Shown here one piece after another: positions 1 to 14,210 of a stretch of 64,000 bases of DNA (the stretch's first letter is position 1; each line of letters begins with the position of its first letter). The stretch is from Eledone cirrhosa (Eukaryota), in assembly GCA_964016885.1 (NCBI GenBank), contig OZ024747.1, positions 57,846,001 to 57,910,000 on the forward strand, written 5' to 3'. The position numbers were made by a program, and so were the translations under genes. Below the pieces are notes generated by a model. That model was not told where the DNA came from, made no database searches, and saw only the letters and a program-made list of their open reading frames with translations.

Positions 1-905
1 ATTAATACAGATAATTATTGAGAGAGATAGATAAGAGATAAATGGCTTGATAATCAGCTACCGCCATTACCACCACAAGTATAACAACACAACTACAACC
101 ATCTCCATGATGATGAAGTAAAGTTAAATGGAAAGAAATAAGAAGGCAGATATATAAGCAAGTAGATAGATATATTTAATTAAATACATTGATAATAGCT
201 AGGTTTTTATATAACAAAGTTAATAGAGATGTTATATACACATATTACGACCAACAATAAAAATAACGACAAACCTACAATTATGACAGCGACAAACCAC
301 CACGGCAATGAGGAAGAATAAATAAATAGATAGAGAAAAATAGATAGATAGGTCGATCGATAGATATATAGATAATTTTCTAGACAGATAGATAGATAAT
401 AGCAAGATTGGTGGAGATATAAGTAGTTAGGTTGAGATATGCAGAGATAGCTAGGACATTATACTATTAGAACCATAGATATACACACAATGAGTCCGAA
501 GAAAATAATATAAGGATCAGAAGTAGACGCAGAGGGATAGATTAAGATATATATATATATATATATATAAGTATTGAAATTTCAGTTAGAAACAGAAAAG
601 GTCATAGAAATGAAGAGTGTTCTATGTCAGTATCAGAGCAAAATTTAATGTACAAAATTTAATGTATAAAATTTAATGTATAAAATTATAAATTTTTATT
701 TTTATAATTACGCACACTTTCTAACCATACATTTACACGTGCACATATACATATATGCACATCTATGAGCGTATATACATACACATACACACACCTAACT
801 ATTTTTCTTGATAGATTTTTATATATTTCAATTTTTATTTCATTTATCTATATATTTTTTTTTGATTTTCTTGATGTGTTTTTCTAAGTATTTGCCCATG
901 TTTTA

Positions 906-985
906 TATTGCCTCGTCTGACGAACGAATGAAGTCGTTTATTTCGTATTCGCCTCATTCGGGAAACCTCTGGTAATGAGGTAATA
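906..985 (+). ncRNA. Type I hammerhead ribozyme motif in a TA-flanked non-coding element (about 570-1008)
   Basis: Stem I TATTGCCTCGT/ATGAGGTAATA; CTGACGA 917-923; stem II CGAATGA/TCATTCG; GAAA 962-965; helix III CC-TCT-GG; GUA site 972-974. Confidence 0.8.
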
Positions 986-1005
986 ATATTGTATTGATTT
1001 TATAC

Positions 1006-1088
<83 letters not shown>

Positions 1089-1207
1089 CGATATATATTA
1101 TTTTATTATTTTAACTATTTTACCTGTTCCAGGCCCCGCCTGAGGCCATGTTGATGCACCATCCTTTGCTTCACTTTCTATATCCAGCCTGCATTGGCTG
1201 GCTCTTG

Positions 1208-1238
<31 letters not shown>

Positions 1239-1247
<9 letters not shown>

Positions 1248-1445
1248 AGAACAAAAGATGGTTAAAAGGGTTCCATGTATTTTATTATGCGCATTTGTTT
1301 TTGAAATGCGCATAATAAAATGCATGGAACTCTTTTAACCATCTTTTGTTCTTATATATTATGTATACTCCAGTCCTACAAACTGTAGAGTGCTTCTTAT
1401 CCGATATCTGCATTGCTTTATTGTACTACAATAAAACTCACCTCC

Positions 1446-1449
<4 letters not shown>
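1239..1449 (+). mobile_element. TA-inserted element with a fold-back (1239-1361) centred just before a hammerhead 3' half
   Basis: About 58-bp inverted arms; GAAA-TGCGCA-TA at 1303-1314; 3' part recurs inverted at 9762-9866 and resembles the 3' end of the 33718-34071 family. Confidence 0.65.
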
Positions 1450-1509
<60 letters not shown>

Positions 1510-1610
1510 GACTTAGACAAGTCGGTTTCGCTTATACTCCCCTAAACTGAGGTTTTGGCATAAGTTTAAGATGCAACATACACACACAGGCAAGCATACA
1601 CGCACAGGCA

Positions 1611-1658
<48 letters not shown>

Positions 1659-1705
1659 TATATATATATATATATACATATTATATTTTGTATATATAAC
1701 TTGAT

Positions 1706-2770
1706 TTTAACTTTGATACCTTTGATAGGTTTAGGACAGTATTGGCCCAGGCCCTGTCTAACTTAATAGCACCGCCCGGTGAAGTCTTTAAAATCAGGAT
1801 TTGGACACCATGACACACTCAAGAAGGAGGTTATATCGGGGAGCAGGGGGTTTATCCGGGGTTTCTTGAAAGAATTTGTCCAATGATTTCTTGAACTTTA
1901 TGGGGTGTGTTTCTGTTTTAATGTGTTTTGGTGTAATGTTAAAGAGAGCCAATTGAAATGAAATAATTGTGCCGTAATGTTGTTATGAGATGCGAGTGTG
2001 AATTTTGTTGTGGGCAAATAGCATGGCTCCTAAGTCTTGGGTGTAGTTTAAAGATGATGCCAACATCGTTTGGGCAATGCCGATGGAATATTTTCCGCAT
2101 CATACAGATAATGTAGCGCGCACGGTGGCGATGGAAAAATAAAGTTGAGTGTTACTAGTCGACCCCAATAGTGAAGGCCTGATATGCCATCTATTTTTTC
2201 GTGATTGACCTTCGAGGAGCTTCAATTTTCAAGATACTTCATTTCGGGTGGGGAGACCAATGTGGACAACAGTTTTCAAAGTAGGGTCGGGAAAAGGGGA
2301 GAATAGAAGGATAATAGAGTGGATGTCTCCCGCCTAGAAGGTTATGAGATTCCAGGAACACTTTTTGCGGGCCATGTCAACTATGCTATTTATATGAGTG
2401 GTCCAGCGTATGTTGTTGTCCACAATTATTCCCAAGTCTCTGCTGTCGGATGCCATGAGAGTTTCACCTGAAGGAAGTGAGTATGTGAGTATCAGGGTAT
2501 CCTCTTTTCCAAAGTAGATTAACTCAAATTTATCCTCGTTCAGCAGTATATTGTTCTTTTCCGCCCATTGGATAACAACCAGTATACCGGATTGGAGGTA
2601 TATCCAGTCACCCACGCATTAATAACCTTCTGGAGCTTGAAATCATCTGCGAAGATCTTTATGCTGCTGTACTTGATGATGTCAGTAATGTCATGAACAT
2701 AGATAATGAAAAGAAGTGGGCCCAACACAGTGCCTTGTTGGACACCACTATTGACGTTCGGTGGGCTGGA
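1706..2770 (-). mobile_element. CR1-like LINE, 5'-truncated and degenerate (RT C-terminal half plus 3' end)
   Basis: [13 protein letters not shown]...IFADDFKL and [17 protein letters not shown]; frameshifted homologue of 42489-43720 including its 3' UTR. Confidence 0.9.
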
Positions 2771-2804
2771 TATATATATATATATTTATATCTATATATC
2801 TATA

Positions 2805-2877
<73 letters not shown>

Positions 2878-2879
2878 CT

Positions 2880-3160
2880 AACGTCTAAAGTCTGTCTCAA
2901 GCCAGAAGGCTCATTTGGCCGGTGCTTATCCTGGTTTCACGGCGTGAAGCGACTGAGAGTACAAGACCACCCCCTGTACAGGACGCCAGTCCATCGCAGG
3001 GTTAAACCTCCAGCTATTGCTGGTACTCATTTTCAGCTGAGTATACTGGAGCAACGTGACATGAGTGTTTTGCTCAAGAACACAACACGCAACCCAGGAA
3101 TCAAGCCCACAACATTATGATAGTAAGTCCAACACTCTTACCACTAGGCCACGTGCCTCC
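2880..3160 (-). mobile_element. tRNA-derived SINE (family 2)
   Basis: Minus strand starts GGAGGCACGTGGCCTAGTGGTAAGAG (box A), then a box B-like segment and a CORE-like TTCTTGAGCAAAACACT; homologous to 30765-30883. Confidence 0.8.
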
Positions 3161-3296
3161 ACATATATATGTATGTATGTGTATGAATGTATGTATATAT
3201 ATGGATATATATATGAATGTATATATACATATATACTGTATATGTATGTATCTCTCTCTCTATATATATATACATATACATACATATATATATATA

Positions 3297-4270
3297 TACC
3301 TGTTGAAAAAGCGACATCCTTGTTCGATCATCATACCAAAAGCTTAGCATGATTTGTTTAAGCAGACAGTACTTGATTTAGGAGTTGCAGAAACACTATA
3401 GCGGATTTTACCACCATTTCCGAAGGTCCGGTTAAATTTTTCAATCATATATTCATTATTTGTTTGACCCGAATAGCTTGCTCGCTTTTGGGCTTTGCGG
3501 TTAATGGTTTAACCATCGTCTCAGTGTGTATAGCCTTTTAACGTATGTTCTATTGCTCTAGTACACTCGTATCTATTGAGCGCTCGCCACACAATTCGGA
3601 AGTTGTTTTTCACTAATTTCCACTAGCCGTAATGTGATTCTCGCTAATTTATATTTGTATTAATCTCCAGAGTCTAGCTATTGACCAGTTAAATTTTTTG
3701 ATTTTTTTAGTCAATTCTATTGACTGATCAATAGCTTATGTATATTTTAAAAAACTATTCTGTCGAGAGCTTAATTCGTTTTGTGATATATTGCAATTTT
3801 GCAATAACCCCACGTACAGAATTCATCGACCAAAATCAGGGGTTCTCTCCCTTTTCAGTCCGCACGTGCGTTCATATTACGGTGAGACCCGGCACACAAC
3901 AAAATACCTGTTGAAAAAGCGACATCCTTGTTCGAACATCATACCAAAATCTTAGCATGATTTGTTGTTTAAGCACATAGTACTTGACTTAGGAGATGCA
4001 GAAATCCTATAGCGGATTTTACCACCATTTCCGAAGGTCCGGGTAAATTTTTCAATCATATATTATTATTTGTTTGACCCGATTAGCTTGCTCGCTTTTT
4101 GGCTTTGCGGCTAATGGTTTAACCATCATCTCAGTGTGTATGGCCTTTTAACATATGTTTTATTGCTCTAGTACACTCGTATCTATTGAGCGCTTGCCAC
4201 ACAATTCGGAAGTTGTTTTTCGCTAATTTCCACTAGCCGTAATGCGATTCTCGCTAATTTATATTTGTAT
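3297..4270. repeat. About 360-bp direct repeats (3297-3660, 3905-4270) around a 245-bp spacer, flanked by (TA)n
   Basis: TACCTGTTGAAAAAGCGACATCC...CTCGCTAATTTATATTTGTAT occurs twice with few substitutions; period about 608 bp. Confidence 0.9.
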
Positions 4271-4286
4271 ATATATATTTATATAT

Positions 4287-4371
<85 letters not shown>

Positions 4372-4372
4372 A

Positions 4373-4578
4373 TGTAAAAGGCAAAAAGAAATAACAACAC
4401 AATCGGTACAGTATATGGAAGATGTATATATTAGGTTAACGCTTGATATAGCAGGAAGAGGGTCTTAACGTTTCGGACGCTAGTCCTTCATCAGAAGAAA
4501 AAATATTGAGGGGACGGACGAGATGGAAAAAATGTCTTTAGATAAAAATAACAGGTCCATTCATGTTGACATCTCTTG
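4373..4578 (-). mobile_element. Hammerhead element family A, copy 1 (HHR 4463-4498)
   Basis: Minus strand TCTT-CTGATGA-A-GGAC tagc GTCC-GAAA-CG-TT-AAGA; homologues at 18104-18328 and 33231-33451; microsatellite flanks. Confidence 0.85.
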
Positions 4579-4879
4579 AGAGAGAGATATAGACAGAGAG
4601 GGAGAGAGAGAGAGGGGGGGGTAGCGGAAGCAATAGATAAGATGATATGGAAAGATGTGATTTGACTGGAAGCAGAATTGTATTAAACAATATGGAAATA
4701 TAGAAAGAATCATAGAATAATGAATGAGATGATATTCCTGCTATAAAACATGTGTTTCATTCACACAACATCTCTATTGTGTTATGAGTGGGATTACCAA
4801 TCATTGTCCAGTTCTATTGATGACTTCTATACCATCATATATAGCAGAAACACTAAAGTCCATTCAATAGATGCAGCAG

Positions 4880-5614
4880 TCAGCCTTACCACAACTACTA
4901 ACACTACCATCAACAGCAGCATAACTACCAGCAGCTCAACCACCACCAGGACCACCACCACCGCCACCACCACCACTGCTACATTACCATCGCCACCACC
5001 GATACATTACCACCACCACCACCGCTACATTACCACCACCACCACCACCACTACATTACCACCGCCACCACTAACACAGCTACATTACCACCGCTACATT
5101 AGTACCGCCACCACCACCGCTATATTACCACCGATACATTACCACCGCTACCACCACCGCTACATTACCACCGCCACCACCACCGCTACATTACCACCGC
5201 CACCAGCACCGCTACATTACCACCGCCACCACCACCGCTACATTACCACCGCCACCACCTCCGCTACATTACCAACGCCACCACCACCGCTACATTACCA
5301 CCGCTGCCACCGCCACTACATTACTACCGACCGCCAAACCATCACCACCACTACTACCACCGTCACCAATAGTACTCACAGCCCCATCACCATCACTGAT
5401 ACCACCAGCAGCAGCACCACTCTACTACTACCACCACTACTACCAACACCACTACGACCACCACCACCACCAACACAGCCAGTATAATTAACAGCACCAT
5501 TATCATCACCAACATTATTACCACCAACCCCGCCACCAGCAACACCATCATCATCACCACTATCACCAACACCATCACGACCATCACCTGCACCCTCACC
5601 ACCTCTCTCACCAG
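4880..5614. repeat. ACC/CAC-rich low-complexity repeat with CCGCTACATTACCA subunits
   Basis: Direct inspection. Confidence 0.9.
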
Positions 5615-8440
5615 CAATCACCACCACCACCACCACCACCATCACCACTACTGCCAACAAGACCAGTAATCACCACCACCACCACCACCATCACCACTAC
5701 TGCCAACACGACCAGCAATCATCACCACCACCATCACCACCACCAACACTACTACTGCCAACACGACCAGCAATCACCACCACCACCATCACCACTACTG
5801 CCAACACGGCCAGCAATCATCACCACCACCATCACCACTACTGCCAACACGACCAGCAATCACCACCACCACCACCACCATCACCACTACTGCCAACACG
5901 ACCAGCAATCACCACCACCACCATCACCACCACCATCACCACTACTGCCAACACGACCAGCAATCACCACCACCACCATCACCACCACCATCACCACTAC
6001 TGCCAACACGACCAGCAATCACCACCACCACCATCACCACCACCATCACCACTACTGCCAACACGACCAGCAATCACCACCACCACCACCACCACCAACA
6101 CCACCATCACCACTACTGCCAACACGACCAGCAATCACCACCACCACCACCACCATCACCACTACTGCCAACACGACCAGCAATCACCACCACCATCACC
6201 ACCACCAACACCACTACTGCCAACACGACCAGCAATCACCACCACCACCACCACCACCACCACCACCACCATCACCACTACTGCCAACACGACCAGCAAT
6301 CACCACCACCACCACCACCACCACCACCATCACCACTACTGCCAACACGACCAGCAATCACCACCACCACCACCACCACCATCACCACTACTGCCAACAC
6401 GACCAGCAATCACCACCACCACCACCACCACCACCACCATCACCACTACTGCCAACACGACCAGCAATCACCACCACCACCACCACCACCACCACCATCA
6501 CCACTACTGCCAACACGACCAGCAATCACCACCACCACCACCACCACCATCACCACTACTGCCAACACGACCAGCAATCACCACCACCACCACCACCACC
6601 ACCACCATCACCACTACTGCCAACACGACCAGCAATCACCACCACCACCACCACCACCACCACCACCACCACCACCATCACCACTACTGCCAACACGACC
6701 AGCAATCACCACCACCACCACCACCACCACCACCATCACCACTACTGCCAACACGATCAGCAATCACCACCACCACCACCACCACCATCATCACCACTAC
6801 TGCCAACACGACCAGCAATCACCACCACCACCACCACCACCACCACCACCACCACCATCACCACTACTGCCAACACGACCAGCAATCACCACCACCACCA
6901 CCACCATCACCACTACTGCCAACACGACCAGCAATCACCACCACCACCACCACCACCACCACCACCATCACCACTACTGCCAACACGACCAGCAATCACC
7001 ACCACCACCACCACCACCACCACCATCACCACTACTGCCAACACGACCAGCAATCACCACCACCACCACCACCACCACCACCACCATCACCACTACTGCC
7101 AACACGACCAGCAATCACCACCACCACCACCACCACCACCACCATCACCACTACTGCCAACACGATCAGCAATCACCACCACCACCACCACCACCACCAT
7201 CACCACTACTGCCAACACGACCAGCAATCACCACCACCACCACCACCATCACCACTACTGCCAACACGACCAGCAATCACCACCACCACCACCACCACCA
7301 CCACCATCACCACTACTGCCAACACGACCAGCAATCACCACCACCACCACCACCACCACCACCATCACCACTACTGCCAACACGACCAGCAATCACCACC
7401 ACCACCACCACCACCACCACCACCATCACCACTACTGCCAACACGACCAGCAATCACCACCACCACCACCACCACCACCACCATCACCACTACTGCCAAC
7501 ACGACCAGCAATCACCACCACCACCACCACCATCACCACTACTGCCAACACGACCAGCAATCACCACCACCACCACCACCACCACCACCATCACCACTAC
7601 TGCCAACACGATCAGCAATCACCACCACCACCACCACCACCACCATCACCACTACTGCCAACACGACCAGCAATCATCATCACCACCACCACCACCACCA
7701 CCATCACCACTACTGCCAACACGACCAGCAATCACCACCACCACCACCATCACCACCACCAACACCACTACTGTCAACACGACCAGCAATCACCACCACC
7801 ACCACCACCACCACCACCATCACCACTACTGCCAACACGACCAGCAATCACCACCACCACCACCACCACCACCACCAACACCACTACTGCCAACACGACC
7901 AGCAATCACCACCACCACCATCACCACCACCAACACCACTACTGCCAACACGGCCAGCAATCACCACCACCACCACTACCACCACCACCAACACCACTAC
8001 TGCCAACACGACCAGCAATCACCACCACCACCACCACCACCACCATCACCACTACTGCTAACACGACCAGCAATCACCACCACCACCACCACCATCACCA
8101 CTACTGCCAACACGACCAGCAATCACCACCACCACCATCACCACCACCACCACCATCACCACTACTGCCAACACGACCAGCAATCACCACCACCACCACC
8201 ACCACCACCACCAACACCACTACTGCCAACACGACTAGCAATCACCACCACCACCATCACCACCACCACTACTGCCAACACGATCAGCAATCACCACCAA
8301 CACCACCACCATCACCACTACTGCCAACACGACCAGCAATCACCACCACCACCATCACCACCACCACCATCACCACTACTGCCAACACGACCAGCAATCA
8401 CCACCACCACCACCACCAACACCACTACTGCCAACACCAC
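5615..8440. repeat. Minisatellite: 31-nt core CATCACCACTACTGCCAACACGACCAGCAAT plus variable (CAC)n, roughly 60 units
   Basis: Core repeated with very few variants; unit count estimated from length. Confidence 0.95.
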
Positions 8441-8766
8441 CATCATCTCCATTACCACCACCAGCACCACCAGCAGTACCACCATAACCATACGCTAGAA
8501 CACTGCTAACCGACCTTTTATTATCAGATAAAGGAGTCTTTCAGTGTTACCTTACAACCATTACGTATAGGTATCACATTGACAACAGCTAACTTAATAC
8601 GAAGACATTGAAGACAACACAAGTGTCAACTCTTTACAAATTGAGTCGTCTAGCTAATCAAGAAATCTCTCCTTCACAACGATACTATACAACCAGTGTC
8701 AAAAATGTATGTATATACCTAAGTATGTCTGTGTTTATGTGGGTATATATAATATGTATATATATA

Positions 8767-8953
8767 ATTGTTTCTACTTTAGGCACAAGGCCAGCAATTA
8801 CCCAGTACATTACTGGTACTTTATTTTATCGACCCCGTAAGGATGAAAGGCAAAGTTAACCTCGGCGGGATTTGAACTCAGATCGTAAAGGGACGTAACT
8901 ATGCTGGAAAGCATGGCGTCCAACCCTCTACCGATACTGCCAATTCACCGCCC
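8767..8953 (-). mobile_element. tRNA-derived SINE (family 1), full length
   Basis: Minus strand box A TGGCAGTATCGG, box B GAGTTCAAATCC, central GCCTTTCATCCTTACGGGGTCGATAAAATAAAGTACCAG; many copies in window. Confidence 0.9.
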
Positions 8954-8972
8954 TTTGTATATATATAATATG

Positions 8973-9105
<133 letters not shown>

Positions 9106-9321
9106 TATGTAAGTATGTATGTATACGTACATACATATATGTATACAGACGTACTAAGAGTGAGAAATGAAATTTCGTTTCATTCTATTCCATTTATCGT
9201 TTTCGGTGCGCCCGGCCGACTGAACTCACTCGATGTGCAAATTAGGCTGATCGACCGTTGATATGCACAGGATAAGTGTATACTTTCAGACGTTCAACCA
9301 TCTGGCAGGCAAGAAGTTATG

Positions 9322-9362
9322 CGATGCTGACAAAAGCTAATAAGCTTGAAACTAGTACATCG
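9322..9362 (+). ncRNA. Type I hammerhead motif with G8A substitution, in element about 9151-9494
   Basis: CGATG-CTGACAA-AAGCT aata AGCTT-GAAA-CTAG-TA-CATCG: all three stems perfect. Confidence 0.75.
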
Positions 9363-9664
9363 TTCCTGTGTCAGTGTTGAACAAAAATGAGACGTGGTTG
9401 CCTAAACACTGTACGGCGTAATTCGGGCTGTTTGTTTGTTTACAAACAAACAAATCGAGCATTATAATAAATGTTCGGTAAACCGATACGTGCATATATA
9501 TATGTGTGCATGTATGTATATATATATATATATATATACATACTACTGTACGTCTGTATACATATATGTATGTACGTATACATACATGTATACATACATA
9601 AATACTTACATTTAAGTAAGTGCCGTACTAAGAGTGAGAAATGAAATTTCGTTTCATTCTATTC

Positions 9665-9866
<202 letters not shown>

Positions 9867-9868
9867 TA

Positions 9869-9917
<49 letters not shown>

Positions 9918-10344
9918 CATTTCCTTTCTGTTAATCTGAAATGCTGTACTTTATGTAGTTGTATAATGGTCCTAGCAGAGAGAATGTCAAAGATATAACT
10001 CCGGAAGAGAGCGAGGAAGCAGTGTTGTACGAGTCTGTCCAACTAGCGTGGTGGTCGCCATTTTGATTCTCCTTCACAACATGACTATTAGCTAACTACC
10101 TCCACCCTCTCTTCTTCCTATATCACACCTCTTACTCTCACTCAATACTAATACTACTGTTCACCTCCTCCTCCCCCTCCTCATCATCATCATCTTCCTT
10201 TTCCCCCTGCTCTATCACAGCAACTTCCAGCATCTCTATATCATCTACTGCTACCTTTTATTTCCTTCTCATATCTTTTAGAAGACATATTAAACACACC
10301 AAAACCAGCACAACCTACACCAATAACAACATCAACATCAACTG

Positions 10345-10399
<55 letters not shown>

Positions 10400-11719
10400 A
10401 AACAATTATAAAAATGCTATACAAAAGTTCAAATCCAATAACTTCTACTTAAATGATTTAACCATTTTTACCAAAATTTATTAAAATCGCATACTCCCAT
10501 TTCATGGTAAATAACGAACGAAATATTATGGTTCCGGTCAGAATGGAGATCGAAACTAATCCACCATGATACGACTAACATCGATGTTTATGAAGTAATA
10601 ATCACTGCCAGCAGCAGCTGTGGGATTAATAGCGTTTACTTATTGGTATCGATTATGGTGCTGTTCAATGGTTTGATGTGTATTGTAATAGTTGATGAAA
10701 TAATTCTAGCAGCTGTTGTCTTTGAAAATGTAATATTTGCTTCTATGTATGCTCTATAAATCTGTTATAGTCTGTGGGAATTCGAGAATTTGAAGCAAGC
10801 AGCAAAACGAAAAGGTTATGTGTGTGTGTGTGTATGTGTATGTGTGTGTATGTGTGTGTGTGAAGTGAACGTCTGTGCGTGGACGTGAGTGTGTGCGAAC
10901 ATGTATGTGTGTGTGTGAACGCGTGTGTGTACGGTGAGTGAACGTGTGTGTGTACGGTGTCTGAACGTGTGTGTGTACGGTGTGTGAACGTGTGTATGTG
11001 TGAGACCGCTTACGTGTGAGAACGCTTGTGTGTGTGGACGCTTGTGTGTGTGTGTATGGTGTATGAATGTGTGTGTGAGCGTGTGTGTGTATGTGTGTGA
11101 ATGTGTGTGTGTTAACGTGTGTGAGAACGTGTATGTCTGTACGTGTGTGCTACGTGTACGTGTGTGAACGTGTGTGTGTTTGCCGCTACATATTCAGCGA
11201 TTCATCTCAGATTGATGATTCTGGAGAATCTTAAGGAATTGTTACGTACACTTGGTCTTTCTTCAATTATGTTTGTATCGGGCTGATTTCCGGGAGGGAA
11301 ATATTATCTTCATTGGAGCGTGAATCCCAGTAGTTAGTGGCAAAACAGTCAGACGCAATTAATCTACTGAAAGATTGCTCAATAGCAAATTTCATCAACG
11401 TTGATAGCTGCCGTAATACATTACACGAATTAATTTCACATTCATTGTTCGACATTCAGAAATATCTCTCCATTCATGCAACAAAGAACTCTAGTCTGAA
11501 GAATATTGAAGTTATTAAAAATTAGTGAAATGAACAAATAACAAGCAAGAATTTATAACTCTATCTATTTATATACTTGTTTTGCCTCTAAACTTATAAG
11601 GATAATTACTAGCTACGGTATAAGACAAAATATATCCCCTTGGATCGCAATATCTTCGCTATTAAGAAAAAAATTTATATAATGAATTTTCCCACTGATT
11701 TCACTATATCTTATTTCTT

Positions 11720-11805
11720 TGGAATAACATTAATCGATAAAGTGTGTAGCTCGGAGATGAGAGAGTCATTCCAGGTAGAGTCGCTACTTCTCCGAATTGA
11801 GAGAT
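11720..11805 (+). mobile_element. RTE-like LINE ORF fragment
   Basis: GITLIDKVCSSEMRESFQVESLLLRIER resembles the RTE post-RT region. Confidence 0.5.
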
Positions 11806-12029
11806 ATTTGATAGGGGAAACAACTATATATTCATTATATTCATTTTCTCTTTACATTTTACTTGGTGGTGTGAAGTATGATATCTTATAATCCTTAATT
11901 GCTGGTAAATTATCTCATTATTCGAGTGAAAGAATTATCAATACAAACTCGATAATTTAAGTACATATAGTCACTGTTATAAACACACATGCTCACACAA
12001 GCAAACAGAAATGCATTACTCACTCCCTC

Positions 12030-12119
<90 letters not shown>

Positions 12120-12122
<3 letters not shown>

Positions 12123-12178
12123 CAGAATTAGCCGTCGAAACGGCTTGAGCTCAGCCGTCGGGGTCCTACTCGTTCCTA
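12120..12178 (+). mobile_element. TA-inserted element family B, fragment
   Basis: CAGAATTAGCCGTCGAAACGGCTTGAGCTCAGCCGTCGGGGTC also at 28121-28257 (-) and 63361-63549. Confidence 0.8.
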
Positions 12179-12235
<57 letters not shown>

Positions 12236-12253
12236 CTTCAATCTGTTATTTTA

Positions 12254-12291
<38 letters not shown>

Positions 12292-12322
12292 AATGTATAT
12301 ATAATAAATGTAATCTGAGTTT

Positions 12323-12674
12323 TTCGAATATTAATAACATTCGATTCGTTTGCAATTATGCAAACAAGCCTCAATTTTATAGCCATGTCAGTAGAATGAA
12401 CACTTCATTCCCGATCCTGCATGGCATGCGAACAGAACTGCAGACACCGACGTTCACCCCTCACCAGTACAGCTCACCGGTCACCCACGAAACTGTCAGA
12501 GCTAGTGAAAATATATGCTATTTTCAAAAATACAGAGTGACTGATTGGCCCGACTGTTCTGTTCGCATGCCAACACAGGAGCGGGAATGAAGTGTTCATT
12601 CTACTGACATGGCTATAAAATTGATGCTTGTTTGCATAATTGCAAACGAATCGAATGTTATTATTAATATTCGA
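12323..12674. repeat. Inverted repeat, about 118-bp arms and 112-bp spacer, between TA tracts
   Basis: 12323-12440 is the reverse complement of 12553-12674. Confidence 0.9.
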
Positions 12675-12728
12675 GTGAGTGAGGAAACAACCGAAGCTAT
12701 GCTTATTCTATTCGATAAGCTACGCCTC

Positions 12729-12781
<53 letters not shown>

Positions 12782-13699
12782 ACACCCTTCACCCCCACTA
12801 CCATTATAGTCATGATCATCTTTATCCTCCCATCTATCTACTGCACCCTCCCCCAAACCCCCTCTCTGCACCTTAAACATCTATACTATTCCAAACCAAT
12901 TATAGTGAGCTTTACTTCATACGCAATATACTCTACCTTAATTTTGTTATAATTCTTTCATGATTCGAATGAAAATTTCTGAATATATTTTAACGAATCT
13001 CTGCTCGTTTCCTGGCCTGAACTTCATGACAACAAAAATTAATATTCAATCATAATTTTATTAAAGCCAGAATTGACAGGTCATTTCTAAATATAGCTAA
13101 TTTAAATGACTATCTTTTAACTAGCAACGAAATCTTCTGCGATGGAAGTTCAAGCGCTGAGGTCAAGAGATTAACATTAATATATCGCTTTTAATTAGAT
13201 AGTACGTCACCCTTAACCAAAGCGAATTTGAAATTTATTAATTCAATCAGACTTAGGAGAAGAATCTATAAGTGATTGCCGTTTAGGATAAACTCCGCTG
13301 ATTTGGCTGTGTCGCCTTATCTAGAACAAGATATCAATTCTCATTGCTACGGTGCGTATCGATATCGATTCCAAGTTGAAACCTATTTACGCTTCATTTC
13401 GCGTAGGTTAATAACATACTTGTAAGGAAAAGAATGGACATTATATAATCTCATTTTCTTGTCATGTTCATTTGCTACGTTCATTTGCTACACTCTGTGA
13501 AGAAATCTTTGGTGATGCAGTTTGTGGTGGTGTTTATCCTTAATAATAGAAATACAATTATCAACATTAACAAGAACGACACAAATTATTTCAGACAATA
13601 CTAAGTACTCTCATCCACCCTTTAATTAAATGGCTGGAGCGCAGCACTACCCTCTCCACCCTGATTTTCCTAATCAAGTAAATCTCGAAGAGGTGAATC

Positions 13700-14210
13700 T
13701 GGTTTAGGCCGTAAAGGAAAATGTTATTCTCCAGTCCTTGCAGTCGCATCCACCACAAAAGCTCTTTCACTAGGCAGATAAAACCTCCCTGTCAGGGAAA
13801 GGAAAGTAGAGGCTTGATCTTCATGACGGACATACCCGATACCCGGATCCGTTCTAAACCTGACAGTAGCTCTTCGATTTAAATCCACATGTCAGCAATA
13901 CTCGGGCACTGTACGAGTGCATGTAGGACGGTTTTGTTGTATCACCTCATCACGGACATACCTCTGGACAAAAAATTCCCCGGAAAAAATAGCCAGTTGA
14001 TTTTCATCAAAGCCAGGTGTCTCTCCAACACGCCCGTCATTTTAATTCGACACGAAAACGTCCCTAAAATTTTAAGTTGGAGTTGTGACAAATCGTATTG
14101 CTCTATTGGTCGAAGGCTCCGATCCTTTGCAAACATTCCTATAGCCAATGGAACTCTCTTGGTTTTACTTTTAACCAGATCTGCGATTCTGTAAAATAGA
14201 CGGGCTACAA
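13700..14210 (-). mobile_element. Degenerate L1/Tx1-like LINE ORF2 C-terminal fragment
   Basis: Minus frame TVLHALVQCPSIADMW...ELLWWMRLQGLE; homologous to 21824-22448. Confidence 0.7.

Noticed and set aside
4750-5487. 245-aa Thr/Pro/His-rich ORF as a mucin-like gene
   Set aside because: Translation of an ACC-rich repeat; no domain or splice evidence
5615-8440. CRISPR-like array (constant repeat with variable spacers)
   Set aside because: Spacers are only (CAC)n of varying length; eukaryotic context and no cas genes
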